A stretch of 37,854 bases of DNA from Clostridia bacterium (GTDB lineage: Bacteria; Bacillota; Clostridia; HGM11514). The translations under genes were made by a program, and so were the position numbers. Shown here in pieces: positions 1-11,887 of the stretch; the stretch's first letter is position 1; each line of letters begins with the position of its first letter. The notes below the pieces were generated by a model. That model ran no database searches and was not told the DNA's origin. It saw nothing but the letters and a program-made list of their open reading frames with translations. The stretch covers positions 1 through 37,854 of the forward strand of contig JAZNAU010000011.1 of assembly GCA_045586685.1 (NCBI GenBank). The letters run 5' to 3'.

Positions 1-22
1 TGAGATTTGCATTGTTAGTTTA

Positions 23-138
23 TCCGGTGGCGATAGCACAGAGGTCACACCTGTTCCCATTCCGAACACAGTAGTTAAGCTCTGTAACGCTGATGATACT
101 TGGTGGGAGACCGCCCGGGAAAGTAAGTAGTTGCCGGA
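23..138 (+). rRNA. rrf: 5S ribosomal RNA
   Basis: TCCGGTGGCGATAGC...CACCTGTTCCCATTCCGAACACAG..GTTAAG...GTAAGTAGTTGCCGGA; ends pair (TCCGGTGGC/GTTGCCGGA); about 116 nt. Confidence 0.97.
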
Positions 139-318
139 ACATTTTAAAAAGAGTTGTCAAAATGACAACTCTTTTTTTGTACGACATGAAATAGAATTTA
201 GACACGAACTTTTGCAAGGCGGTCCGACCGGAAACAACCAGTTTTCTGACGAAAATTGATTAGAGTAGTTGCCGGAACATTTTAAAAAGAGTTGTCGAAA
301 TGACAACTCTTTTTTGTA
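126..318 (+). repeat. About 55 bp direct repeat of the 5S 3' end plus terminator (126-181 and 264-318)
   Basis: AGTAGTTGCCGGAACATTTTAAAAAGAGTTGTC(A/G)AAATGACAACTCTTTTTT(T)GTA occurs twice. Confidence 0.92.
146..178 (+). terminator. Intrinsic terminator after 5S rRNA
   Basis: AAAAAGAGTTGTCA-aaa-TGACAACTCTTTTTTT. Confidence 0.9.
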
Positions 319-494
319 TAACGAAAACTACTACTTCAGTTATACGGGGGGATATTTGGTGTACTAATTTTATTTTGGTTTTATCATTTTATAGAATAGG
401 GAATCAATAAATATAACATTAAAAAATACAATAGAAAAAGAGAAAATGCCTTTCTCGTATAATTTAGGGGGCTTAAAAACCCTCTCTTTTCCTA

Positions 495-523
495 TTGACG
501 AAATTGTGAAAAAGTGGTATAAT
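495..523 (+). promoter_or_regulatory. sigma-A promoter of the methyltransferase-ecf-truA-rho operon
   Basis: TTGACG-17 bp-TATAAT with extended TG. Confidence 0.75.
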
Positions 524-559
524 AAAAAGATAATCATGGAGCGAAACGGAGAGAACGAA

Positions 560-1426
560 ATGTGGACTGCAAATCAATGGCAGGATTATTGTCTGATAGA
601 CGGCTGTGACGGAATGAAGCTGGAACGGTGGGGTGATTTTATTTACCAAAGACCTGACCCTCAGATTATTTGGAAAGAGCAGTCAACTTCTGAAAAATGG
701 AAGCAATCTGACGGGGTTTACTACCGCAGTGCAACTGGCGGCGGGAATTGGAAATTTCCCAACGGACATGCCGAACAGGAACAAATCATTTCCTATCAAG
801 ATCTTCGTTTTATGATAAAGCCTATGGGATTTAAGCATATGGGACTGTTTCCCGAACAGGCGGTTAATTGGGATTTTATGCGGGAACAGATTGAGAGTGC
901 AAGACGGGACATTAAAGTGCTGAACCTGTTTGGATATACAGGCGGTGCCACGGTTGCCTGTATTGCCTCGGGTGCCAGTGTGTGCCATGTGGATGCGGCA
1001 AAGGGGATTGTTGCCCATGCCAAGAGGAATATTCAGGAAAACCAAATGGAAGGTCCTTTGATTCGGTATATTGTAGATGATGCAGTGAAGTTTGTTACCC
1101 GTGAAATCAAGAGGGGAAAGAAATATGATGCCATTGTCATGGACCCTCCTTCCTACGGCAGAGGACCGGGAGGAGAGGTTTGGAAAATAGAGGATGAGTT
1201 ATATGGCTTGGTTGATTTGTGCTCTCAAGTGTTAAGTGACAATCCCTTATTTTTTCTTATCAATTCTTATACTACGGGGCTTGCACCCACAGCGGTCAAG
1301 AACTTGATGACTATGACTCTGGTAAAAAAATTCGGTGGCAAGGTGACCACCGATGAAATTGGTTTGCCATTTGCAAATTCAGAACTTATTCTGCCTTGCG
1401 GATGTACCGCCCGCTGGCAGTGCTAA
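560..1426 (+). CDS. Class I SAM-dependent methyltransferase (RlmI/COG1092-like)
   Basis: VLNLFGYTGG SAM motif, DAIVMDPPSY; start set at ATG 560, downstream of the promoter and GGAGAG. Confidence 0.85.
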   Translation: MWTANQWQDYCLIDGCDGMKLERWGDFIYQRPDPQIIWKEQSTSEKWKQSDGVYYRSATGGGNWKFPNGHAEQEQIISYQDLRFMIKPMGFKHMGLFPEQAVNWDFMREQIESARRDIKVLNLFGYTGGATVACIASGASVCHVDAAKGIVAHAKRNIQENQMEGPLIRYIVDDAVKFVTREIKRGKKYDAIVMDPPSYGRGPGGEVWKIEDELYGLVDLCSQVLSDNPLFFLINSYTTGLAPTAVKNLMTMTLVKKFGGKVTTDEIGLPFANSELILPCGCTARWQC

Positions 1427-1438
1427 ACGGAGAATTTT

Positions 1439-2278
1439 ATGATAGAAGTAAAGAATGTGTCCTTTTCCTATAAACAGGAGGACAAGATGACAGAAGTGTT
1501 AAAGAATATGAATCTGACCGTGAAAAAGGGCGAATTTTTAGTAATTCTCGGGCGAAACGGTTCAGGAAAATCCACCCTTGCAAAGTTGTTAAATGCAGTA
1601 TTGCTTCCCGATTCGGGAACAGTGACGGTAATGGGAATGGATACCAAGGATGAGAAACGGCTTTTTGATATCCGTGCCCATGTGGGAATGGTGTTTCAAA
1701 ATCCTGATAACCAGATTGTCGCTACCGTTGTGGAGGAGGATGTGGCATTTGCACCTGAAAACTTAGGCGTGCCCACTGAAGAAATTTGCAAACGGGTAGA
1801 GGAAAGTCTGCAGGCGGTAGGGATGAGCAAGTATCGCCGTCATGCACCTCATATGTTATCGGGAGGGCAGAAACAAAGGGTTGCCATAGCAGGAATTCTG
1901 GCAATGGAGCCGAAATGCATTGTGTTAGACGAGCCTACGGCAATGCTTGACCCAATCGGTCGGCAAGAAGTAATGAAAACTGTTCGGAAATTAAATCAGG
2001 AGCGGGGAATGACGGTAGTGCTGATTACCCATCACATGGAAGAAGCGGTGGAGGCAGATCGAGTGGTGGTGGTACACGGCGGAGAAATTGTAAAAGAGGG
2101 AACTCCGCGAGAAATCTTCTCAAAGGTGGAAGAAATTAAGAAAATGGGATTGGATGTTCCACAAGCAACAGAGCTTGCACATGAGCTGATAGGGAAGGGG
2201 ATGAACATCCGAGACGATGTTCTGACAGAAAAAGAATTATTGGAGGAATTACTGCCCCTGTTGGAGGAATCACATTGA
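1439..2278 (+). CDS. ecfA1: ECF transporter ATPase A1
   Basis: [36 protein letters not shown]. Confidence 0.93.
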   Translation: MIEVKNVSFSYKQEDKMTEVLKNMNLTVKKGEFLVILGRNGSGKSTLAKLLNAVLLPDSGTVTVMGMDTKDEKRLFDIRAHVGMVFQNPDNQIVATVVEEDVAFAPENLGVPTEEICKRVEESLQAVGMSKYRRHAPHMLSGGQKQRVAIAGILAMEPKCIVLDEPTAMLDPIGRQEVMKTVRKLNQERGMTVVLITHHMEEAVEADRVVVVHGGEIVKEGTPREIFSKVEEIKKMGLDVPQATELAHELIGKGMNIRDDVLTEKELLEELLPLLEESH

Positions 2279-3132
2279 AGGAATGTATCAGATTAGAAGA
2301 GGTAAGTCATATCTATATGCCTGACAGCCCTTTTGAAAAAAAGTCGCTGGAGGAGGTATCTTTTTCGGTGGAATCAGGTGAATTTTTAGGAATCATCGGT
2401 CACACCGGTTCAGGAAAATCTACTTTAATTCAGATGTTTAACGGTTTGCTTTATCCCACCAGGGGAAAAGTATATGTTAATGGTCAAGATATTCACCAGT
2501 CCAAGGAAACCCGAAAAAAGGTAAGAAGAAGTGTAGGGATGGTATTTCAGTATCCGGAATATCAGCTTTTTGAAGAAACGGTATACCGTGATATTGCATT
2601 TGGTCCCACAAATTTAGGGTTATCTCCCGAGGAAGTGAAGAAAAATGTGTTGGAAGCGGCAGAACTGGTGGAACTGCCCCAAGCCATTTTGGATAAATCT
2701 CCCTTTGATTTATCCGGCGGACAAAAAAGACGGGCGGCTATTGCGGGAGTTCTGGCGATGAAGCCGGAAATTCTGGTGCTGGACGAACCAGTGGCAGGAC
2801 TTGACCCAAAGGCAAGAACCCGCGTGCTGGAACAAATAAGCCGACTACATCAATCGACCCATATGACGGTGATTATGGTATCCCACAGCATGGAGGACGT
2901 GGCAAAATACGCCAAGCGGATTTTGGTAATGAACGAGGGAACAGTGGCTTATCTTGATACTCCCCGTGAAATTTTTCAACACCGTAAGGAGATTACCAAA
3001 ATGGGACTTTCCGTTCCGCAGATTAGCAAGTTGGTACAGCATTTGAAGGAGCGGGGGATTGAGGTTGACCCTTATGCTATTACCATAGAAGAAGCGGCAA
3101 AAACCATTTTATCGTGCATGGAGAAGAAATAA
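2275..3132 (+). CDS. ecfA2: ECF transporter ATPase A2
   Basis: [33 protein letters not shown] start after GGAGG. Confidence 0.93.
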   Translation: MKECIRLEEVSHIYMPDSPFEKKSLEEVSFSVESGEFLGIIGHTGSGKSTLIQMFNGLLYPTRGKVYVNGQDIHQSKETRKKVRRSVGMVFQYPEYQLFEETVYRDIAFGPTNLGLSPEEVKKNVLEAAELVELPQAILDKSPFDLSGGQKRRAAIAGVLAMKPEILVLDEPVAGLDPKARTRVLEQISRLHQSTHMTVIMVSHSMEDVAKYAKRILVMNEGTVAYLDTPREIFQHRKEITKMGLSVPQISKLVQHLKERGIEVDPYAITIEEAAKTILSCMEKK

Positions 3133-3929
3133 TGATGAAGGATATTACAATCGGACAGTTTTTTCCGGGAAATTCTATTATTCATAAATTAGACCCTCGG
3201 TTTAAAATCATATTTACTCTTTTTTATATTATTGCAGTGTTTTTGTCAAACAGCTTAGGGGCATATGTGATGGTTGCTGTTTTTGTATTTGGGTCGATTT
3301 TTTTATCGGGGATTCCGGTAAAACATACATTACGTGGCTTAAAATCAGTTTTAATTATTATTGCGTTTACCGCTCTTTTTAATTTGTTTTTAACAGAAGG
3401 AGAGCCTCTCTTTTCCATTGGTCCTGTAACAGCAACAAAGGAAGGATTGTGTCTGACAGTTTTGATGATTGCCCGGGTGTTCTTCCTGATTATCGGAACC
3501 ACACTTCTGACCTTTACTACATCACCCATTATGTTGACGGATGGAATTGAAAGTCTGTTAAAGCCCTTTGCAAAAATTGGGCTTCCCGCCCATGAGCTTG
3601 CCATGATGATGACGATTGCTTTGCGGTTTATTCCCACTCTGATTGAAGAAACGGATAAAATTATGAAGGCACAAACTGCCCGAGGTGCTGATTTTGAAAG
3701 CGGAAATTTATTTCAACGTGCCAAAAATTTTGTACCCTTGCTGGTACCTTTGTTTATCAGTGCCTTTCGCCGCGCTGATGAGTTGGCAATGGCAATGGAG
3801 TGTCGCTGTTATCACGGAGGGCAGAATCGAACTCGGATGAGAGTGCTGAAAGCCGGACTACGGGACGGACTCGCAACAGTTGTGGTGTTGGTTTTTTGCG
3901 GCTTGATTGTGCTGAGTCGTTTTTGGTAG
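3132..3929 (+). CDS. ecfT: ECF transporter transmembrane component T
   Basis: LDPR N-terminus, ALRFIP, AQTARG, AMECRCY; follows ecfA1A2. Confidence 0.93.
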   Translation: MMKDITIGQFFPGNSIIHKLDPRFKIIFTLFYIIAVFLSNSLGAYVMVAVFVFGSIFLSGIPVKHTLRGLKSVLIIIAFTALFNLFLTEGEPLFSIGPVTATKEGLCLTVLMIARVFFLIIGTTLLTFTTSPIMLTDGIESLLKPFAKIGLPAHELAMMMTIALRFIPTLIEETDKIMKAQTARGADFESGNLFQRAKNFVPLLVPLFISAFRRADELAMAMECRCYHGGQNRTRMRVLKAGLRDGLATVVVLVFCGLIVLSRFW

Positions 3930-3938
3930 GAGGATGTT

Positions 3939-4697
3939 GTGGAAAATTTAAAGTTAACCTTGTGTTATGACGGAAGCGGGTATCATGGCTGGCAACGTCA
4001 GGAAAATGCCATAACGGTGCAGCAACAGGTAGAAAAGGCATTGTCCCATATTGTAAAATCACCTGTAACGGTGACGGGATGCAGCAGAACGGATGCGGGA
4101 GTTCATGCAAAGGAATATGTGTGTAACACCCATGTCTCCACCACTGTGCCCGATGATAAAATGCCCTATGCTTTGAACGCCTTGCTTCCAGACGATATTT
4201 GTGTGCTATCCTGCCAACGGGTGAGTGAGGAGTTTCATGCACGATTCGATACGGTGGCGAAGGAATATTGCTACACTCTTTGTAATCAGCCACATAAAGA
4301 CCCTTTTACCAGAAATCATGTCTGGCATTATCCTTATTTCCTAGATTTTAAGGCAATGGAACGGGCGTGCAGAGATTTGACAGGAACCTATGATTGTACT
4401 GTTTTTGAAGCAGCGGGTTCGGATACAAAGGGAAGCAGAGTTAGGAGTATTTATCAATCAGAACTGACCAAAGAAGGAAGTCTGATTCGATTTCGTATTT
4501 GTGCAAATGGTTATCTCTATAATATGGTGCGGATTATGATGGGAACTCTCATTTATGTGGGGAACGGAAAGCTACCTGCTGATGCTATCCCCCAATTGAT
4601 TCAAAAAAAGGACAGACGTCTGGCAGGAATTACTGCAGCACCTGAAGGACTTTGTCTCACAAAGGTTTGGTATGAAAAGGGGGATTGGTTGGAATGA
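3939..4697 (+). CDS. truA: tRNA pseudouridine(38-40) synthase
   Basis: YDGSGYHGWQ, GCSRTDAGVHA, YLYNMVR, TAAPEGL. Confidence 0.95.
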   Translation: MENLKLTLCYDGSGYHGWQRQENAITVQQQVEKALSHIVKSPVTVTGCSRTDAGVHAKEYVCNTHVSTTVPDDKMPYALNALLPDDICVLSCQRVSEEFHARFDTVAKEYCYTLCNQPHKDPFTRNHVWHYPYFLDFKAMERACRDLTGTYDCTVFEAAGSDTKGSRVRSIYQSELTKEGSLIRFRICANGYLYNMVRIMMGTLIYVGNGKLPADAIPQLIQKKDRRLAGITAAPEGLCLTKVWYEKGDWLE

Positions 4698-5776
4698 AAT
4701 TAAAAAAATTGTTGTTTCTGTTTTGTGTTGTTTTAATAATTGGGTTCGGTTTTTTGATTCATTATCGGTTTCATCCGTTTATATATAAAAAATTGGAATG
4801 GCTGTATGGGAAAGAATTTGCAGTAACCCAAACGGTAAATCTGGAAGGAACGGCAGTGCTTTCCAGCGAACTTAGTCACAAAAATCTTGTGTATTTTTCT
4901 TCTATGGGGTTGCATTTGTCTCCAAAAAAAGTACATGAAATGCATCTGGCATCTTCCCAAATGTATCGGAGCGGGGATTATTTGCTGGTGTATGACCGAG
5001 AGGGAACCCAAGCTGCAGTTTTTTATAAAAATAAGCAGCTTTATACCATTTCCACCGAACATCAGATTCGTAATGCAAAGGTGAATGAAGAAGGCTATTC
5101 TGTTGTGATTTGTGACCAGCCCGGTTATCAGGGTACGGTTACTGTTTATAACCGAAAGGGAAGAAATATTTATCGTGTGTATTCAGGAGAGAAGTTTGTT
5201 CTAGATGCAGATGTATACAGCAGAGGCGAACTGCTTGCTGTGTGCCAATATAACACCAGGGAAGAAAAGCTTATCTCAAGCATTAGTTTTTACCGCTTGG
5301 ACGAAAAGAAAGCTTATGAAGTTGTTGATTCCACCCAAACAGTGTTTACCACGATTCGGTTTATGGCAAACGGAAAATTGATTGCAATTGGAGATTGTAT
5401 GGCAGCTGGATTTTCCAATAACGGAGAGGAAATTTGGAACTATGACTATCAGGGCGGTGCATTACAAAACTTCTCCATTTCTGAACGGTCGGCAGCGTTG
5501 GTGCTCCGTCAGCAAAACCAAAAAATTGTCATATTAAAAGAAAACGGCAGAATCAGCGAGCATCTTTACGAAGGTGCAGATATTAAAAAAATTGCCAATA
5601 ATAAAAGTGGAGTACTCTTTGCCACTACCCGTGACGTGCTGTTTTTAAATAAACAGGGCTATTGCCTGGCAAGCTTTCAGGTAACCCGTGATGTTTCAGA
5701 ACTGTATCTGGAGAAAAGCGGAAGAAGCGGTGCGATTCTTTATGAATCAGGTTATGATATGATTAAGGTGAAATAA
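4694..5776 (+). CDS. Membrane-anchored beta-propeller-like protein (DUF5711-like)
   Basis: N-terminal TM then beta-rich domain; position before a CvpA-like gene. Confidence 0.6.
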   Translation: MKLKKLLFLFCVVLIIGFGFLIHYRFHPFIYKKLEWLYGKEFAVTQTVNLEGTAVLSSELSHKNLVYFSSMGLHLSPKKVHEMHLASSQMYRSGDYLLVYDREGTQAAVFYKNKQLYTISTEHQIRNAKVNEEGYSVVICDQPGYQGTVTVYNRKGRNIYRVYSGEKFVLDADVYSRGELLAVCQYNTREEKLISSISFYRLDEKKAYEVVDSTQTVFTTIRFMANGKLIAIGDCMAAGFSNNGEEIWNYDYQGGALQNFSISERSAALVLRQQNQKIVILKENGRISEHLYEGADIKKIANNKSGVLFATTRDVLFLNKQGYCLASFQVTRDVSELYLEKSGRSGAILYESGYDMIKVK

Positions 5777-6316
5777 ATGAAACTGGATTTGATGGTGCTT
5801 GCCGTTATTTTTCTTTTTGTACTTGGAGGGATTCGTTTAGGAGCCATGGGAAGCCTGATGAAGTTTCTTTCCTTTTTCGGCTCAGCTTTGGTCTCGTTGT
5901 TTTTGTTTCCTGTTTTGCAGAAAACACAAGGATATCAAACGGCAATAAAAAAAATAGAAGAGATCTTAATCAGGCAAGGGGTTACAGTGTTTCCCGACCG
6001 TGCAGCCTCTATTATAGCGAGCATTTTACTCATCCTTATATTATATTTTGGCGGTAAATTGCTGTTGCTTTTACTGTCTACTGTTTTGGAGGGCGTGGTG
6101 CAATTACCTCTTTTAAAACAGGCAAACCGCCTGACAGGTGCCCTGTTGGGTGCTTTAGAGGCGGGGGTGCTGATTTTGGGATTTTTGGCAGTGGTGAGGC
6201 TGGTTGCTACTCCTGATATGGAAATAAATCAATGGATTGGAGATTCTGTTCTTACCAAAGCCTTATATGAATATAATCCTTTGATAACCTTATTTGCCGG
6301 AAAGCGAGGGAAATGA
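5777..6316 (+). CDS. CvpA family membrane protein
   Basis: GGIRLG N-terminus, LPLLKQANRLTGALLG, several TM helices. Confidence 0.75.
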   Translation: MKLDLMVLAVIFLFVLGGIRLGAMGSLMKFLSFFGSALVSLFLFPVLQKTQGYQTAIKKIEEILIRQGVTVFPDRAASIIASILLILILYFGGKLLLLLLSTVLEGVVQLPLLKQANRLTGALLGALEAGVLILGFLAVVRLVATPDMEINQWIGDSVLTKALYEYNPLITLFAGKRGK

Positions 6317-7597
6317 ATGGAAGAATTAAAAAAGGAAACCTTGAGCAAACTCCGAGAAATAGCGAAGGAGCTTGGAATAAAAAGTGTAACAGCAATGAAA
6401 AAAGCAGAACTGCTTGAGGCAATTACCGCCGTGAAGGAGTCTAAAGCAGAGGAAAAGTGCGAATCGGACAGGCAACATTCTCCGTCCAATCCGGTCAGTG
6501 GTGTGTTAGAAGTGGTTCCGGACGGATTTGGATTTTTGCGGTGTGAAAATTACTTAACAGGAAGTAACGATGTGTATGTTTCTCCTGCACAGATTCGTCG
6601 TTTTCGTTTGCGAACAGGAGATTTCATTGAAGGAAACGCCAGAACTCAGCGGGAAAATGAACGGTTCGCAGCGCTGATGTATGTGCAAAGGGTCAATGGA
6701 TTTTCTCCCGAGGAGGCAATTCGGAGAATTCCCTTTGATTCCCTGACTCCTGTTTATCCTGACCAAAGACTGCGCCTGGAAACCACCCCTAATCGCTTTT
6801 CCATGAGATTGGTAGATATGGTGGCGCCGGTAGGAAAAGGGCAAAGAGGAATGATTGTAGCACCTCCCAAGGCTGGAAAGACCACATTATTAAAAGAACT
6901 TGCCAACAGCATCAGCCAAAATCACCCCGAGGCGGAACTGATTGTCTTGCTGATTGACGAACGTCCTGAAGAAGTAACAGATATGTGTCGCAGTACTAAT
7001 GCAGAAGTTATTTATTCTACCTTTGATGAACTGCCCGAGCATCACATTAAGGTTGCAGAAATGGTATTGGAGCGTGCCCAGAGGTTGGTAGAACACAAAA
7101 AAGATGTGGTGATTTTGCTTGACAGTATTACTCGTTTGGCACGTGCCTATAATCTAACCATTCCGCCTTCCGGAAGAACACTTTCCGGCGGACTTGATCC
7201 CGGTGCACTCCATAAGCCGAAACGGTTTTTTGGTGCGGCAAGAAATATTGAAAAGGGCGGAAGCTTAACCATTCTTGCCACAGCTTTAATTGAAACGGGA
7301 AGCAGAATGGATGATGTTATCTATGAAGAATTCAAGGGAACAGGGAATATGGAGTTGCACCTGGATAGAAAACTGTCTGAAAAACGGATTTTCCCTGCGG
7401 TAGATTTGTACAAGTCCGGAACCAGAAAAGAAGAACTGCTCATGAATCAGCAGGAACAGGAATGCGCATGGCTGATTCGCAAAGCTTTTTCCAATCAATC
7501 TACGGCAGAAATAACCGAACAAATTGTTTCTCATCTTGTTTCTACCAAATCTAACGAAGAATTTTGCAATATCCTTCCTAAAAAACTCCATTTTTAA
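6317..7597 (+). CDS. rho: Transcription termination factor Rho
   Basis: [46 protein letters not shown]. Confidence 0.98.
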   Translation: MEELKKETLSKLREIAKELGIKSVTAMKKAELLEAITAVKESKAEEKCESDRQHSPSNPVSGVLEVVPDGFGFLRCENYLTGSNDVYVSPAQIRRFRLRTGDFIEGNARTQRENERFAALMYVQRVNGFSPEEAIRRIPFDSLTPVYPDQRLRLETTPNRFSMRLVDMVAPVGKGQRGMIVAPPKAGKTTLLKELANSISQNHPEAELIVLLIDERPEEVTDMCRSTNAEVIYSTFDELPEHHIKVAEMVLERAQRLVEHKKDVVILLDSITRLARAYNLTIPPSGRTLSGGLDPGALHKPKRFFGAARNIEKGGSLTILATALIETGSRMDDVIYEEFKGTGNMELHLDRKLSEKRIFPAVDLYKSGTRKEELLMNQQEQECAWLIRKAFSNQSTAEITEQIVSHLVSTKSNEEFCNILPKKLHF

Positions 7598-7647
7598 TAG
7601 TAAAAATGATAAAAACTTACAAAAAATGAAATTTATTTATTTTTTTC

Positions 7648-7676
7648 TTGCAACAGGAAGAAAAAAGTGCTAAAAT
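7648..7676 (+). promoter_or_regulatory. sigma-A promoter of gdhA
   Basis: TTGCAA-17 bp-TAAAAT with extended TG. Confidence 0.6.
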
Positions 7677-7696
7677 AAAGTTATGTTATAATATAG

Positions 7697-9049
<1,353 letters not shown>

Positions 9050-9060
9050 TCAATCAGTTG

Positions 9061-9097
9061 AAAAATACACGCACGAAATTCGTGCGTGTATTTTTTT
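9061..9097. terminator. Intrinsic terminator after gdhA (probably bidirectional)
   Basis: AAAAATACACGCACGAA-a-TTCGTGCGTGTATTTTTTT. Confidence 0.9.
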
Positions 9098-9222
9098 GAA
9101 AGACTTTCAATTTTTTAAGTGTAGCATAATGAGTTTGTAAAAAAACTCAATGTCATTCGCTCTAATCTTTATCTCTTTCAGTTATTTTCGGTTTATGTCA
9201 AGAGATAAAGTCCTTTGAAAGA

Positions 9223-9381
9223 TCATTTATTTTCTTCTGAGCAACTACAAGTCTTACTGCCACAGTGTTTACTGTTCGGACAGCCAATACAAGACTGCCC
9301 GTTCTTCTTTTGCTTATAAATATATCGTAATGCACCGCCTACAGCAATTAAGATGATCACAACAAGAATGACATTTTCCAT
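9223..9381 (-). CDS. FeoB-associated Cys-rich small membrane protein (52 aa; not in the ORF track)
   Basis: Hand translation MENVILVVIILIAVGGALRYIYKQKKNGQSCIGCPNSKHCGSKTCSCSEENK; directly after feoB. Confidence 0.85.
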   Translation of the reverse strand: MENVILVVIILIAVGGALRYIYKQKKNGQSCIGCPNSKHCGSKTCSCSEENK

Positions 9382-9384
9382 TTC

Positions 9385-11403
9385 TCACACCTTCACCTTT
9401 TCGTTCATTTCATTTCCTTTCAACGCATATTCTTCTTTCAATTTCTTATCAGACTTCAACATAAGAAAAACAATTATTCCAATTATAACGGCAACTGCTA
9501 TCAATCCGGGCAGAAAACCGGAACCAACTGTCCCTTGGGTAATTAAAGTTCCAATCTGGTATACAAGATAAGCAATCGTATATCCTGTTGCCAACTGTAA
9601 GCCTACTCCGCCGAGCATCCATTTTTTATCCTTAATTTCAGAATTCATAGCACCGATTGCAGCAAAGCAAGGAGGGGTAAAGAGATTAAACATGAGACAT
9701 GCCAGAGCTGCTGCTTTTGTAATCCCAAACACTGTTGCAACTTCGTTGGCACCGCTTGTGAGTGCCAATTCTTCTGTATCAATAAAGTTGGTTATACCAT
9801 AGCAAACAGCCAAAGTTCCAACTACGTTTTCTTTTGCAATAAAACCGCTAACAGAGGCCGCTGCCATTTGCCAAACACCAAATCCAAGAGGAATCAGCAA
9901 AAATGAAATAGGTGTTGCAATAGAAGCTAAAATAGCAGTTTGTTCCATTCCTTCTTCCACCAATTCAAACTTCCAGTTGAATGCCTGCATAATCTGAACC
10001 AATGTGTTACACACAAGAATGATGGTCCCCGCTTTCACTATGTAAGCCCAACCGCGGGAGCACATAGAAAAGAAGGCACGCTTTAGAGAAGGAAATTTGT
10101 ATTCGGGCAATTCCATAATAAAGAAGGATTTACGCTTTTTATGTCCTGCAATCTTATTGACAATCAAAGCACCCAGAAAAATCAATACAATCCCTGCAAA
10201 ATACATTAAGGTACCAACCCACGAAGCATCTGCAAAAAATACCCCTGCAAACAATGCAATCACCGGAAGCTTTGCACCGCAAGGCATAAAGGGTGCCAGC
10301 ATTGCAGTGGCTCTCCGTTCCCTTTCGTTACGGATGGTACGGCAAGCCATAACGCCGGGGATGGCACAACCTGTACCGATAACAAAGGCAATCACCGATT
10401 TACCAGACAGTCCAACCTTTTTGAAGATAGGGTCCAATACCACCGACACACGAGCCATATAACCGCAGTCTTCCAGTAATGCAATCAGGAAGTACATTAC
10501 CATTACCAGAGGCAAAAATCCTACAACCGCACCTACACCGCCAATGATACCGTCAACCAAAATTGCCTGCAATAAGGGATGAGCATTTTCTGCAATCCCA
10601 CCTACCCAGACTTGGAAGATTTCAATCCAAGCTACTAAGGTGTCTGCAATCCAAGGACCAAAAGAGGACTGTGATATATCAAATACCAAAAACATAACAA
10701 CTGCAAAAATCGGAATGCCCAACCATTTATTGGTAAGATATGCGTCGATTTTATCATTGATATTTTTATCCTTAGTCAAAACCTTTCTTGTTTCCACACT
10801 TTTTACAATTTTATTGACAAAGGCAAAACGCGCCCTGTCAGCTGCTTCCACTGCTGCTTTACTTGTTAAATCAATGTCTCCCTGTTGATAAACCATTCTT
10901 TGTTCCTTGCCAACCTGAGAGATTGCCGCATCCAAAACAGCCTTCAAACCGTCTGCCGTAGTAGAAACTGTTTCAACGACAGGGCAAGCAAGTTTTTCTG
11001 ACAGCCCCTCTGCATCAATTATCGTCTCTTTTTTTTCGTTAATATCACTTTTATTCAAAGCAACAACAACAGGAATACCCAGTTCCAATAGTTGCGTGGT
11101 AAAGAACAAGCTACGGCTTAAGTTGGTAGCATCCACAATGTTGATGATGACATCAGGTTTTTCGTTCATTACATAAGAACTTGTAATGCTTTCTTCCGAT
11201 GTAAAGGGTGACATGGAATATGCACCGGGAAGGTCAACTGCAATCATTTCTTCCGTCTCTCTGGAATATGCCTTTTTTATGGGATGTTCCTTCTTTTCTA
11301 CAGTAACACCTGCCCAGTTTCCTACCTTTTCATTTTGGTTGGTCAGAGCATTATACATTGTGGTTTTCCCTGAATTTGGATTGCCGGCCAAAGCAATTCG
11401 CAT
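9385..11403 (-). CDS. feoB: Ferrous iron transporter B
   Basis: GNPNSGKT, GNWAGVTVE, DLPG, NKSD; gate/TM domains; GAGGAGG RBS before ATG 11403. Confidence 0.96.
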   Translation of the reverse strand: MRIALAGNPNSGKTTMYNALTNQNEKVGNWAGVTVEKKEHPIKKAYSRETEEMIAVDLPGAYSMSPFTSEESITSSYVMNEKPDVIINIVDATNLSRSLFFTTQLLELGIPVVVALNKSDINEKKETIIDAEGLSEKLACPVVETVSTTADGLKAVLDAAISQVGKEQRMVYQQGDIDLTSKAAVEAADRARFAFVNKIVKSVETRKVLTKDKNINDKIDAYLTNKWLGIPIFAVVMFLVFDISQSSFGPWIADTLVAWIEIFQVWVGGIAENAHPLLQAILVDGIIGGVGAVVGFLPLVMVMYFLIALLEDCGYMARVSVVLDPIFKKVGLSGKSVIAFVIGTGCAIPGVMACRTIRNERERRATAMLAPFMPCGAKLPVIALFAGVFFADASWVGTLMYFAGIVLIFLGALIVNKIAGHKKRKSFFIMELPEYKFPSLKRAFFSMCSRGWAYIVKAGTIILVCNTLVQIMQAFNWKFELVEEGMEQTAILASIATPISFLLIPLGFGVWQMAAASVSGFIAKENVVGTLAVCYGITNFIDTEELALTSGANEVATVFGITKAAALACLMFNLFTPPCFAAIGAMNSEIKDKKWMLGGVGLQLATGYTIAYLVYQIGTLITQGTVGSGFLPGLIAVAVIIGIIVFLMLKSDKKLKEEYALKGNEMNEKVKV

Positions 11404-11446
11404 AGTCAATTCCTCCTCGTTATCCAATCATTATACATTTCATGAA

Positions 11447-11462
11447 GTTAGTTTTTCCTAAC
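11447..11462. promoter_or_regulatory. Palindromic operator GTTAG-N6-CTAAC between feoA and feoB
   Basis: GTTAGtttttcCTAAC; related sites upstream of feoA. Confidence 0.55.
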
Positions 11463-11491
11463 CAATAAGCAAAAAATAAGAACACTAAAAG

Positions 11492-11710
11492 CTATTCTTT
11501 AATCAAAATAGCCTTTGCCAACTGGGTATCAATATTATATCGTCCATCTTTAATAGAAACCACGCAACCGCCTTTCAAATGGGATACCACTGTGATAGGC
11601 TCGCCGCTGTAGCATCCCAGAGAAAACAAAAAGGCATTCAATTCTTCGTCGTCGGTTTCAATTTCCTTAATGATATATTCTTGTCCTTCCAGGGCATCTG
11701 TTAAGTTCAT
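11492..11710 (-). CDS. feoA: Ferrous iron transport protein A
   Basis: FLFSLGCYSGEPITVVS; upstream of feoB. Confidence 0.9.
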   Translation of the reverse strand: MNLTDALEGQEYIIKEIETDDEELNAFLFSLGCYSGEPITVVSHLKGGCVVSIKDGRYNIDTQLAKAILIKE

Positions 11711-11756
11711 TATTATCACCCATTTTGTTCATTCTTTATTATGTATTCACAGATAA

Positions 11757-11815
11757 TTAGTTTCAACTAACTAACCATCCTTGATTAGTTTAACATAACT
11801 AACCCAATTTGTCAA
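11757..11815 (-). promoter_or_regulatory. feoAB promoter overlapped by TTAG/CTAA operator-like sites
   Basis: Minus-strand TTGACA(11815-11810)-17-TAAACT(11792-11787); palindrome TTAGTT-tc-AACTAA at 11757-11770. Confidence 0.65.
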
Positions 11816-11851
11816 CCCTTTTTTCTCAAAACTTTCTAAAATTTACAAGTG

Positions 11852-11887
11852 AAAAAAGGGGGGTGGAGCAAAAAATTTTGCTCCACC
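11852..11887 (-). terminator. Terminator of the proBA operon
   Basis: GGTGGAGCAAAA-aa-TTTTGCTCCACC with a T-tract on the minus strand. Confidence 0.7.

Noticed and set aside
20-217. 65-aa minus-strand ORF
   Set aside because: Antisense to the 5S rRNA.
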